Of a stretch of 64,000 nucleotides of DNA, positions 47,223-59,764 are shown one piece after another (position 1 is the stretch's first letter; each line of letters begins with the position of its first letter). Source of the stretch: Eledone cirrhosa (taxonomy: Eukaryota); NCBI GenBank assembly GCA_964016885.1, contig OZ024763.1, positions 14,570,001-14,634,000 on the forward strand. The letters are read 5' to 3'. The position numbers and the translations under genes are program-made. The notes beneath the pieces are model-generated. The model did no database searches and had not been told where the DNA came from. It saw nothing but the letters and a program-made list of their open reading frames with translations.

Positions 47223-47463
47223 TCAAACACACACACTCAAATCACATCAAATTTCTGCGGACAACAGAAATGTTAGCAAGGTAAGGGAGATCACTCTAAT
47301 GTCACAATCTGACGTAACCTATCTCCCTTATGTGAGTCAGCTTTACATGAAAGTTGGCTGATCCAAAGGGAGGTCACTCTCATTTGACTAATATTTCTAG
47401 AATGAAATTTTGGTCCTGAATATAATCTTGAACAAAAATATGACATTAGGTTCCGTAACATAG
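39541..47463. repeat. Higher-order tandem repeat: six ~220-bp cassettes separated by 29-bp minisatellite blocks and (CA)n
   Basis: Cassette starts (atcaaatttctgcgg) at 39541, 41482, 42990, 44384, 45813 and 47246; spacer unit catagccagttacagtgtgtgttctacac. Confidence 0.95.
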
Positions 47464-49345
47464 CCAGTTACTGTGTATGTTCCATATTATAGCCAGTTAC
47501 GGTGTGTTCGACGTCATAGCGAGTTACATTCGACATCATAGCCAGTTACAGTGTGTATTTGACATCATAGCCAGTTAGTGTGTGTTCGATATCATAGCCA
47601 GTTACAACGTTTGTTCGACATCATAGACAGTTTCTCTGTGTGTTCGATATCATAGCCAGTTACAATGTTTGTTCGACATCATAGCCAGTTACTGTGTGTT
47701 CGACATCATAGCCAGTTACAGTGTGGTCGACATCATAGCCAGTTTCTGTGTGTGTTCGACATCATAGCCAGTTTCAATGTTTGTTCGACATCATAGCCAT
47801 TTACGGTGTGTTCGACGTCAGAGCCAGTTACAGTGTGTGTTCGACATCATAACCAGTTACAGTATGTGTTCGACATCATAGCCAGTTATAACGTTTGTTC
47901 GACATCATAGCCAGTTACAGTATGTGTTCGACATCATAGCCAGTTACAGTATGTGTTCGACTCCATGGCCAGTTACTGTGTGTGTTCGACATCATAGCCA
48001 GTTACAGTATGTGTTCGACATCATAGCCAGTTACTGTGTGTATTCGACATCTTAGCCAGTTACTGCGTGTGTTCGACACCATAGCGAGTTACTGTGTGTG
48101 TTCGACACCACACCCAGTTACTGCGTGTGTTCGACATCATAGCCAGTTACAGTGAGTTTTACGTCATAGTCAGTTACTGTGTATGTTCGACGTCATAGCC
48201 AGTTACTGTGTGCGTACTACATGGTAGCCAGTTACCACGTGTGTTCGACATCATAGCCCGTTACAGTGTGTGTCCGATATCATAGCCATTTACTGTGTGT
48301 GTTCTACATCACTGCCAGTTACAGTGTGTGTTCGACATCATAGCCAGTTACAGTGTGTGTTCGACATCATAGCCAGTTACTGTGTGTGTTCGACATCATA
48401 TCCAGTTACATTATGTGTTCGGTATGAGGCGGTGGATTGGCAGTATCGGTAGAGAGTCGGACGCCATGCTTTGCAGCATAGTTACGTCCCTTTACGATCT
48501 GAGTTCAATTCCCGCAGAGGTTGACTTTGCCTTTCATCCTTACGGGGTCGATAAAATAAAGTACCAGTAATGTACTGGGTAATTGTTGGCCTTGTGCCAA
48601 AAGTAGAAACAATTATGTGTTCGGTATGATACCCAGTTACTGTGTGTTCGACATCATAACCAGTTACAGTATGTGTTTGACATAACCAGTTACAGTATGT
48701 GTTCGACGTCATAACCAGTTACAGTATGTGTTCGACATCATAACCAGTTACAGTATGTTTTCGACGTCGTAGCCAGTCACAGTGTGTGTTCGATATCATA
48801 GACAGTTACACTATATGTTCCACATCATAGCCAGTTACTGTGTGTGTACTACATCGTAGCCAGTTAACACGTGTGTTCGACATCATAGCCAGTTACAGTG
48901 TGTGTTCGACATCATAACTAGTTAAAGTGTGTTGGACATCATAGCAAGTTACAGTGTGTGTTCTACATCGTAGCCAGTTACAACTTGTGTTCCACATCGT
49001 AGCCAGTTACAGTGTGTTCGACATCATAGCCAGTTACAGTGTGTTCGACATCATAGCCAGTTACAGTGTGTTCGACATCATAGCCAGTTACAGTGTGTGT
49101 TCGACATTATAGCCAGTTACAGTGTGTTCTACACGATAGCCAGTAACAGTGAGTATTCGTCATCATAGCCAGTTACAATGTTTATTCGACATCATAGCCA
49201 GTTACAATGTTTATTCGACATCATAGCCTGTTACGGTGTGTTCGACATCATAGCCTGTTACGGTGTGTTCGACATCATAGCTAGTTACAATGTGTGTTCG
49301 ACATCATAGCCAGTTACTGTGTGTGTTAGACATCATAGCTAGTAG
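47464..49345. repeat. Diverged continuation of the 29-bp minisatellite
   Basis: Units gttcgacatcatagccagttacagtgtgt with many substitutions. Confidence 0.92.
48428..48615 (+). mobile_element. Nin-domain SINE inserted into the minisatellite
   Basis: Full SINE; attatgtgttcggtatga is duplicated on both sides as a TSD. Confidence 0.9.
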
Positions 49346-49349
49346 TGGT

Positions 49350-49565
49350 TCGAGAGTCAGTACATACAGAAGCGGAGGCGGAGAGAACATCCCTGACGAA
49401 CGGAACGCATGATCTGGAATGGCTCCGATAGGCAGCCCTTTACTTTGACTACCGAGCAGATGTTGCTGTGCATGGCAGCGGTCCAGGCTCTGAAGACAGG
49501 GCCGAAGCCGGCCGCAGTGAGCACCACTTCCAAGTATTGATGGTCGACCCTATCAAATGCATAGA
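49350..49565 (-). mobile_element. L1/Tx1-clade reverse transcriptase fragment
   Basis: AFDRVDHQYLEVVLTAAGFGPVF...LSEPFQIMRSVRQGCSL matches non-LTR RT motifs (AFDRV...RQGCPLS). Confidence 0.85.
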
Positions 49566-49639
49566 TCTGAAAGTCGTCGTAATTGGGAGTTAGCTGCTGT
49601 TTGTCGTGAATCCTGGACTCTCTGGCGGCTATCATATCT

Positions 49640-50092
49640 ATGGGTAGGTAGGTAAGTAGGCAAATAGACATATAGATAGATAGGTAGGTATAGGAATAGG
49701 TGGGTATAGAGATAGATAGGTCGGTACGTAGGTAGGTAGGTAGATAAGTAGGTAGGTAGGTAGGTAGATAAAGAGGTAGGTAGGTAGGTAGGTAAAGAGG
49801 TAGGTAGGTAGGTAGGTAGGTAGGTAGGTAAAGAGGTAGGTAGATAGGTAGGTAGGTAGATAAGGAGGTAGATAGATAGGTAGATAAGGAGGTAGGTAAG
49901 TAGGTAGGTAGGTAGGTAGGTAGGTAAAGAGGTAGGTAGATAGGTAGGTAGGTAGATAAGGAGGTAGATAGATAGGTAGATAAGGAGGTAGGTAAGTAGG
50001 TAGGTAGGTAGGTAGGTAGATGAGGAGGTAGGTAAGTAGGTAGGTAGGTAGGTAGGTAGATGAGGAGGTAGGTAAGTAGGTAGGTAGGTAGA
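49640..50092. repeat. (TAGG)n/(TAGA)n microsatellite
   Basis: Direct reading. Confidence 0.93.
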
Positions 50093-51273
50093 TTGACGAG
50101 TGAGTGGATATGTTGGATATTTCAAACTAAAGTTAAAGCACTTATTACCACCAGAGCCAACAACAACAACAACAACAAAAGCAGTAGCACCACTATCACC
50201 ACCACCACCACCACCATCAACAACACTCATATAAGAACCTCCACCAACATCCCCAGAAAACACCATCAACAATAATACCACCTGCGTCACCACCACCGTC
50301 AACAACACCACCAACAACACCGTCCCCTTCATTAAAACCGTAACCAACACCATCACCCCTCCAAAACACCCCAAAAGACAACACCATCACCACAAACACC
50401 GCCACTGCCACCAGTACCACCTCCGCCAAGACCATCCGCACCACTAAAACCAACAACACCACCACCACCTTCATCACCATCATCCCCACCACCGTCACCC
50501 CCTGACCAACACCATCACAGACGCCGATATCACCCCCACCTATACCACCTCCATCAGCCCCTCACCACCACCTCCATCACCTCCATCAGGACACACTCTA
50601 ACCAACACCACCACCTCCATCACCACACCAACGGCACCGACACCACCTCCACCCGCACAACAGTTCCATCACCACCACCACCTCCATCACCACTAACACT
50701 ATTAGCACCGTCACCTCCTCAGCAACATCACTGCCTCCACCACTCCCACCACCGTCACCCCCTCACCACCACCACCACAGTCACCCCCTCACCACCACTG
50801 TCACCCCCTCACCAACATCACTGCCTCCACCGTCATCCCCTCACCACCACCACCACAGTCACCCCCTCACCACCACTACCACCACAGTCACCCCCTCACC
50901 ACCACTACCACAGTCACCCCCCTCACCACCACTGTCACCCCCTCACCAACATCACTGCCTCCACCACTCCCACCACCGTCACCCCCTCACCACCACCACC
51001 ACCACAGTCACCCCCTCACCACCACTACCACCACAGTCACCCCCTCACCACCACTACCACAGTCACCCCCCTCACCACCACTGTCACCCCCTCACCAACA
51101 TCACTGCCTGCACCACTCCTGCCACCGTCATCCCCTCACCACCACCACCACCTCCGTCACCTCCACACCAACATCACTGCCTCCACCACTCCCCCACCTC
51201 ATCCCCTCCCCAGCACCACTCCCACCACCCTCACCCCCCCCCCACTTAAATAAAAGTGTGTTACATTTTTCAG

Positions 51274-51491
51274 AACAGCTCCTTATAATACAGTACAAAT
51301 ATACAAATATTGCTATGAAGATGTATCGAGGGGCTGTTTGTAAAAACATAGAAAGAGACGGGAGCAGATCACAGCGAGTGCCCAGGACCCCATTAGAGCC
51401 AACAACAGCTGACTTCAGCCCTTCAAAAGAAAGACCCTTCATCCTCCTTTTAGTTGCTTTTGCTCTCACTTCCTTTTCAATTGTGGAAGAG
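51274..51491 (+). other. Candidate exon (218 bp)
   Basis: Acceptor catttttcag, donor GAG|GTAAAT, one open frame (...MKMYRGAVCKNIERDG...FSIVEE); unique sequence among repeats. Confidence 0.35.
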
Positions 51492-51784
51492 GTAAATCGA
51501 CACCCCACCACCTGCCACCACCACACCTCAACACCCTACCCCTGCTCAGTAGCGAACCAGTCACCCCCCCCCCTCCTCACACACACACACACAAGACGCT
51601 ACCCCAGCTCGGCAGAGAACCAGTTACCCCACCACCATCACCCCCACAAGACGCTGCCCCAGCTCGGCAGAGAACCGGTCACCCGTCGTTTACTTGGGAT
51701 AAAATAATATTTAGAAAGCACAACCGCCAAATCTCAGCGTTACTGATACCTACCTACCTATATATATATATATACATACACACA

Positions 51785-51854
<70 letters not shown>

Positions 51855-52544
51855 CGCGCGTATGTGTATGTATGTATGTATATATATGCATCAGTTGATG
51901 TATAATGTATGTTTATTTATTTAGAGCTGTAATGTTTCAAAGTTAAAGTTGTTTATTTATTATTTATAACTTTGGTGGTGATAGTGGGTGGTGGTGGTGG
52001 TGGTGGTGGTGGCGGTGGGTGATGGTGGTGGTGTGATGATGGTGGTGGTGTGATGGTGGTGGTGGTGGTGACGGTAGATGTAGTGGTGGTGGTGATGACG
52101 ATGGTGGTGGTGGGTGGCGGTGGTGGTGGCGGTGGTGGTGGTGGTGGTGCTGACGGTGGTAGTGGTGGTGATAGTGGTGATAGTGGTGGTGACGGTGGTG
52201 GTGGTGGTGCTGACGGTGGTGGTGGTGGTGCTGACGGTGGTGGTGACGGTAGATGTAGTGGTGGTGGTGATGACGATGGTGGGTGACGATGGTGGTGGTG
52301 ACGGTGGTGGTGGGTGACGGTGGTGGTGGTGATGGTGGTGGTAGTGGTGGTGACGGTGGTGGTGGGTGACGATGGTGGTGGTGATGGTGGTGATGGTGGT
52401 GATGGCAGTGGTGATGGTGGTGACGGTGGTGGTGGCGGTGGTGGTGGTGGTGGTATAGAGTGGTGTACTCTAAATCTTTGTTCAAATATCTATCTATCAC
52501 CCCATCTATCTACCTACGTATCTCTCATCATCATCATCATCATT

Positions 52545-54390
52545 AGTGGTAAAGGCAGTGGAATGAAACTATCGGAAGAGCGTTGGATAACATGCTTTGC
52601 TGCATAGAGTTACGACCCATTACGTTCTGATTTAATCGACTTGCCCCTCTCCCCAAATTACGGACCTTCTGCCTATAGTAGAAATCATTATGTTGGCAGT
52701 ATCGGTAGAACGTCGGACGCCATGCTTTGCAGCATAGAGTTAAGGCCGTTTACGTTCTGAGTGCAAATCCTTCCGAGGTTAACTTTGCCTTTCATCCTTA
52801 CGGGGTCGATAAAATAAAGTACCAGTAATGCACTGGTGTCGATTTAATTGACTTTCTCCTCCCCCAAAATTGCTGGCCAGTAGAAGAATATAAGAATGTG
52901 GTGCCCCCGCATGGCCACAGTCTAATGACAAAACCCAGTGAAACAATAAAAGAATGTGGTGCCCCAGCATGGCCACAGTCCAATGACTGAAACCCAGTAA
53001 AAGAATGGTGCCCCAGCATGGCCACAGTCCAATGACTGAAACCAGTAAAAGAATGTGGTGCCCCAGCATGGCCGCAGTCTAATGACTGGACTCAGTAAAA
53101 GTATAAAAGAATGTAGTGCCCCAGCATGGCCACAATCTCATGACAAAAACCAGTGAAACAATAAAAGAATGAGGTGCCCCAGCATGGCCACAGTCTAATG
53201 ACTGAACCCAGTAATAGAAAGCAGGTAACATTAGTTCATGGTTACAGAATATCTAGTGTTGGCCAACGATAAAAGATATTTTTTAAGGTTACACATTGTA
53301 TCTCAAATACATTAAATTACGTACTGGGATCGGTTTTATCAACTTTCCCTCCTACCCTAAATTTCTGGCCTTGAGTCTAGAGATCTAGCCTGCTTTTTCA
53401 TCAGAGGTCAATAAAATAAAGTACCAGTTAAGTCCATAAAATTGACTCCCCCAACCCCCTACCCCTAATTTCTGGCTAAACTTAGAACCCATAATGTGTT
53501 GGGGTCGATTTAATCGACCCCCTCCCCTCCCCAAATAATTGTTGGCCTAGTACCTAAATAGAAGGTGGATTGGCAGTATCGGTGGAGAGTTGGACGCTAT
53601 GCTTTGCAGCATAGAGTTAGGCCCCTTTACGGTCTGAGTTCAAATCCCACGGAAGTTAACTGTGCCTTTCATCCTTACGGGGTCGATAAAATAAAGTACC
53701 AGTAATGTACTGGTATAATTGCTGGCCTTGTGCAAAAAGTAGAAACAATTATTATTATTATTATTATTATTATGGATTAGCCGAATCGGTAGAGCGTCAG
53801 ACAAGCAGCTTCGTTGCACAAAGTCACAGCCCTTTACGTTCTGAGTTCAAATCCCGCCGAGGTTACTTTTGCTTTTCATCCTTACTGGGTCGATAAAATA
53901 AAGTACCAGTAACGCAGTGGGGTCGATTTAATCAACTCTCCCCTCCCCAAAATTGTTGGCCTTGTGTCTAATCATGGATTGGCAGTATCAGTAGAGGGTC
54001 GGACGCCATGCTTTGACGTATAGAATTACGGCCCTTGCCATTCTGAGTTCAAATCCCGCCGAGGTTAACTTTGCCTTTCATCCTTACGGGGTCGATAAAA
54101 TAAAGTACCAGTCACACACTGGGGTAATTGCTGACCTTGTGCCAAAATTAGAGACAATTATTATTGATGGATTGGCAGAATTGTTAGAGCGTCGGACAAC
54201 ATAGTTTGTGCTATTTGAACAGTCCTTTTACAAAACCCTTTTACAAAACCCTTTTTCAAAACCCGCCGAGGTTGGCTTTGCCCTTAATCCTTACAAGGTC
54301 GGTAAATTGAAGTACCAGTAACGCACCGGGGTGATTTAAACGACTTTCCCCTCGCCTTGAAATTCCTGGCCTTGTGCCAAAGGTAAATAC
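52545..54390 (+). mobile_element. Dense cluster of Nin-domain SINEs and fragments, plus a tandem gtgccccagcatggcc array (52885-53215)
   Basis: Repeated A/B boxes and ggggtcgataaaataaagtaccag cores. Confidence 0.88.
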
Positions 54391-54404
54391 AATTGTTTAT
54401 ACTA

Positions 54405-54444
54405 GTAATAGTGGTGCTGGTGGCGGTAGTAGTAGTAGTAGTAA

Positions 54445-54495
<51 letters not shown>

Positions 54496-55130
54496 CAAGG
54501 AGGAAGAAGGGAGGGGAATGAGAAAATGGTTAAGTGGTGAAATGAGTGCTTCTTCAAGGTGTGGGGGTGGCGGTGGAGTCAGGGAGGACGTCGGTGATGG
54601 TGGTGGTGCTTGTGGTGGTATGGTGGTGGTAGTGGTGGTGGTAGTGGCAGTAGTGGTGGTGGTGGTGGTGGTGGTAGTGGTGGTAGTGGTGGTGGTGGTG
54701 GTAGTAGTGGTGGTGGTGGTGGTGGTGGTGGTAGTGGTGGTGGTGGTGGTAGTGGTTGTTGTGGTGGTGGTGGTAGTAGGGGTGGTGGTATGGTGGTGGT
54801 GGTAGTGGTGGTGGTGGTGGTGGTGGTGGTGCTTGTGGTGGTATGGTGGTGGTAGTGGTGGTAGTGGTGGTGGTGGTGGTGGTGGTGTTGGTGGTGGTGG
54901 TGGTGTTGGTGGTGGTGGGGGTGGTGGTATGGTGGTGGTAGTGGTGGTGGTGGTGGTAGTGGTTGTTGTGGTGGTGGTGGTAGTGGTTGTTGTGGTGGTG
55001 GTGGTGGTGGTGGTAGTGGTAGTGGTGGTAGTGGTGGTAGTAGTGGGGGTGGTGGTGGTAGGGGTGGTGGTGGTAGGGGTGGTGGTGGTGGTGGTAGTGA
55101 TGGTGGTGGTGGTGGTGGTGGTGATGGTGG
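54405..55130. repeat. (AGT)n/(GGT)n trinucleotide repeats
   Basis: Direct reading. Confidence 0.9.
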
Positions 55131-55764
55131 GGACGGCGTCGTCGGTGGTGGTCGTCGTTATGTTTTAAGCTGCAACCGTACCACTGGCGTCTGTCCGTGT
55201 GGATGTGTCTCTCCGAAATTCTGTCAGTGTCTCCCTATGTGAGTGAGTATGTATGAGAGAGGGAGAGGGAGGAGAAGGAGAAGGTGAAGGAGAAGGTGAA
55301 GGAGAGGGAGAGGCTGAGGGAGGGTGAGAGAGAGGGTGAGGGTGAGAGAGAGGGTGAGGGTGAGGGGGTGAAAGTGAGAGAGAGGGTGAAAGTGAGAGAG
55401 AGGGTGAAAGTGAGAGAGAGGGTGAGAGAGAAGGAGAGGGTGAGAGAGAAGGAGAGGGTGAGAGAGAAGGAGAGGGAGGGAGAGAGAGGGAGAGAGAGAG
55501 ATGGAGGTGGTGGTGGTGTGTTGTAGGTGTGTCAAGTATTACATTACACTTCCACCATAATAACACCTGAAGCCAGATGTTCCTGTTATTTCACATACCC
55601 CCCCCCCTCACACTACACCCCACCACCTGCCCCGCCACACCCATGTCCACCCACACCCCCTAACTACTCCTATACCACCCGTATCCGCCACCCCACCCCA
55701 TCCTCGCTCACATTAACTCGTCTCCGACCCTCACTCACTGTAACCTCCCACTTTACTGCCACAC

Positions 55765-57340
55765 TGCACACCATGACACCGCCACACCGCCGTCCCACAC
55801 AGTACACTGCCACTCCACCACTCCGACACACCATGACACCGCCACACCGCCGTCCCACACAGTACACTGCCACTCCACCACTCCGACACACCATGACACC
55901 GCCACACCGCCGTCCCACACAGTACACTGCCACTCCACCACTCCGACACACCATGACACCGCCACACCGCCGTCCCACACAGTACACTGCCACTCCACCA
56001 CTCCGACACACCATGACACCGCCACACCGCCGTCCCACACAGTACACTGCCACTCCACCACTCCGACACACCATGACACCGCCGTCCCACACAGTACACT
56101 GCCACTCCACCACTCCGACACACCATGACACCGCCACACCGCCGTCCCACACAGTACACTGCCACTCCACCACTCCGACACACCATGACACCGCCGTCCC
56201 ACACAGTACACTGCCACTCCACCACTCCGACACACCATGACACCGCCGTCCCACACAGTACACTGCCACTCCACCACTCCGACACACCATGACACCGCCG
56301 TCCCACACAGTACACTGCCACTCCACCACTCCGACACACCATGACACCGCCGTCCCACACAGTACACTGCCACTCCACCACTCCGACACACCATGACACC
56401 GCCACACCGCCGTCCCACACAGTACACTGCCACTCCACCACTCCGACACACCATGACACCGCCGTCCCACACAGTACACTGCCACTCCACCACTCCGACA
56501 CACCATGACACCGCCACACCGCCGTCCCACACAGTACACTGCCACTCCACCACTCCGACACACCATGACACCGCCGTCCCACACAGTACACTGCCACTCC
56601 ACCACTCCGACACACCATGACACCGCCGTCCCACACAGTACACTGCCACTCCACCACTCCGACACACCATGACACCGCCGTCCCACACAGTACACTGCCA
56701 CTCCACCACTCCGACACACCATGACACCGCCACACCGCCGTCCCACACAGTACACTGCCACTCCACCACTCCGACACACCATGACACCGCCACACCGCCG
56801 TCCCACACAGTACACTGCCACTCCACCACTCCGACACACCATGACACCGCCACACCGCCGTCCCACACAGTACACTGCCACTCCACCACTCCGACACACC
56901 ATGACACCGCCACACCGCCGTCCCACACAGTACACTGCCACTCCACCACTCCGACACACCATGACACCGCCACACCGCCGTCCCACACAGTACACTGCCA
57001 CTCCACCACTCCGACACACCATGACACCGCCACACCGCCGTCCCACACAGTACACTGCCACTCCACCACTCCGACACACCATGACACCGCCACACCGCCG
57101 TCCCACACAGTACACTGCCACTCCACCACTCCGACACACCATGACACCGCCACACCACCGTCCCACACAGTACACTGCCACTCCACCACTCCGACACACC
57201 ATGACACCACCACTCCACCACACCATGACACCGCCGTCCCACACAGTACACTGCCACTCCACCACTCCGACACACCATGACACCGCCCCACCGCAGTCCC
57301 ACACCACCACACAGTACACTGCCACTCCGACACACCATAA
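55765..57340. repeat. 60/52-bp minisatellite (two length variants differing by 8 bp)
   Basis: Near-perfect units ccatgacacc(gccacacc)gccgtcccacacagtacactgccactccaccactccgacaca. Confidence 0.97.
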
Positions 57341-57597
57341 ACATACCCTATACGCCCTCACATGTCCACATGCACTCAATCATACACAGATACACCCATT
57401 AACACGTAGACACATATATATATATACGAACATATACACACACACACACATTATATATATAGTTCAAATCCTGCCAAGGTTAACTTTGCCTTTCATCCTT
57501 ACGAGGTCGATAAAATAAAGTACCAGTAATGTACTGGGTAATTGCTGGCCTTGTGCCGAAAGTAGAAACAATTATTAGGGTGAATTGGCAGTATCGG

Positions 57598-58260
57598 TAG
57601 TACAAAACCCCCTGCTGGACAAGAGGCCAGTCCATCGCAGGGTTAAAGTCTGTCTCAAGCCCAGGGGGTCACCAAGACAGTACTTATCCTGATTGTTTGT
57701 GGTGTTAAGCGACTGAGAGTACAAAACCCCCTGTTGGTCAAGAGGCCAGTCCATCGCAGGGTTAAAGTCTGTCTCAAGCCCGAGGGCTCACCAAGACAGT
57801 ACTTATCCTGGTTTTTCGTGCTGTTAAGCGACTGAGAGTACAAGACTCCCTGTCCCTGGACAGGACGCTAGTCCATTGCAGGGTTAATGTCTGTCACAAA
57901 CCTGGAAGCTCACCAGGCCACTGCTTATCTCGGTTACAGTAGCGTTAAGCAACTGAGAGTACATTACACGCCGCCCCTGGACAGGACGCTAGTCGATCGC
58001 CTGGAAGCTCATCAGGCCGTTGCTTATCCGGTTTCGCGAGGTTAAACGACTGAGAGTACAAGACTCCCCCAAGGACAGGACTCCAGTCCATCACAGGGTT
58101 AAACCTTCAGCTATTGTTGGTACTTTCAGCTGAGTATACTGGAGCAACGAGAAATGAAGTGTTTTACTCAAGAACACAACACACACCTTAGTCCAGGAAG
58201 CGAACTCACGACATTATAATCGTAGGCCCAACACCCTTACCACTAGACCACGCACCACCT
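57598..58260 (-). mobile_element. tRNA SINE with a tandemly amplified ~120-bp 3' part
   Basis: 4-5 units (gactgagagtacaa...ccagtccatcgcagggttaa) adjoin a minus-strand SINE head at 58100-58260. Confidence 0.65.
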
Positions 58261-58317
58261 ATTTTTTTCTATATTTTATAAAATAAGAAGAATTTGATGA
58301 AATTCCCCTTTTGTTTA

Positions 58318-58515
58318 CGAGGTTCGGCTGAAAAGTTCATAGGCTGACTATGAAAGAGTGATGCTAGAGCTGTAAAATCTTACATACATTAATTTCAACT
58401 CTCCTTTTTAATCACTACATTGTTTCTTTCCAGGGACTATATTGAAAAAGAAACATCACTTGGTCATTCCACGAGAGTATCTTGGTCAGATTATGAAATT
58501 TTCAGCCGAACCTCG
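58318..58515. mobile_element. Mariner-type MITE
   Basis: TIRs cgaggttcggctgaaaagttcata / tatgaaattttcagccgaacctcg; TA at the left junction, TG at the right. Confidence 0.8.
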
Positions 58516-59414
58516 TGGTTGAATTCGCCCAGCTTCAATATCGAACCCGTGACGTGACGTTGATCTCGTCAGCCAGTCAGCCAATCAGTCAAACAGCCTT
58601 TTACTCCTGAATAATCCAACCTCAGAGCTCAGTGTTGTGTTCCACCGTTAAAACGGTACCAAAACAATAAACAAACGTGTTTATTATTGTTAAGCAACAG
58701 AATTGGGGGCTGGATTTGTTGTGTTTAGAGCTGTGGTTCATGTGAGCCATTGTTTGTTTAATCCACGGAACTATTTAAACAACAGATCAGCTGAGATAAC
58801 AGATAACATCATGCTTTAGATAACAACAATCTTTATTTTGACCAAGACATTTAATTGCACCGCATTGCCAACACATTTCTCTCTTTCTTCTGGAGATCAG
58901 CGCCGATGTACTGCAAACAGATTGCTCTGTTAGGGTTAGGAGTCGCTTATGAGATTTACGGAGGAGGGTTCGACCAGCCCCTTTCTTTTGTAAAGGAAAC
59001 AAACTGTTCCGCGAGAAAAGATTTTGGGATCGGTTTTAAACTTTCCGGGAAAGAGATCGGTTCCTTCGTTTGGAAATAGAAATAAATTTTTCCCTGAGAA
59101 GGAGTCAATTACAAGGTTTTCGGAAGAGGGATCGGCTCCTTCTGGTTGCAAAGGATACAAACAACGCTATGAAATGAGATCAATTACATGGTTTCTGAAA
59201 GGGCCCAGCAGCTTCTTTCGATTACGGAGGAATCAATATTATGTGAAAAGGGGTCAGATGAGGTTGGACATAAGATTTAGGGAGAATGACTGGTAGCCCC
59301 TTTTGGCTGTGATGATTTGAAAAAGAAGTGAAATGTGACGTTTCGAACAAGCTCTAATTCTTCAAATGAGGGAACTATATATTATGACGTTTTGGGTACT
59401 TTACCGATGTTAAA

Positions 59415-59690
59415 GGGGCCCTAGTTACTTTAATCCGGCCCTGTCTGTAGGTGTCACCACTCTTTAACCCAGGGGCCCTAGTTATTTTAATCCAGCCCTG
59501 TCTGTGGGTATCACCTCTCTTTAACCCAGGGGCCCTAGTTGCTTTAATCCGGCCCTGTCTGTGGGTATCACCTCTCTTTAACCCAGAGGCCCTAGTTACT
59601 TTAATCCGGCCCTGTCTGTGGGTATCACCTTTCTTTAACCTAGGGACCCTAGTAACTTTAATCCCACTCTATCTGTACGTATCACCTCTG
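59415..59690. repeat. 60-bp minisatellite, ~4.5 copies
   Basis: ggggccctagttactttaatccggccctgtctgtgggtatcacctctctttaaccca units. Confidence 0.9.
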
Positions 59691-59764
59691 GATGGAAAGA
59701 TGTTGGAATCTCAGCATCAATTTATATGTAATGCTTACATTCATGTACTTTAGTTACTTGTGAG

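Noticed and set aside
39745-49345. CRISPR-like array
   Set aside because: The 29-bp units are head-to-tail with no unique spacers; eukaryotic context and no cas genes.
55527-57518. Repeat-protein-like ORFs
   Set aside because: 60/52-bp minisatellite; the 52-bp units shift the frame, which argues against coding constraint.
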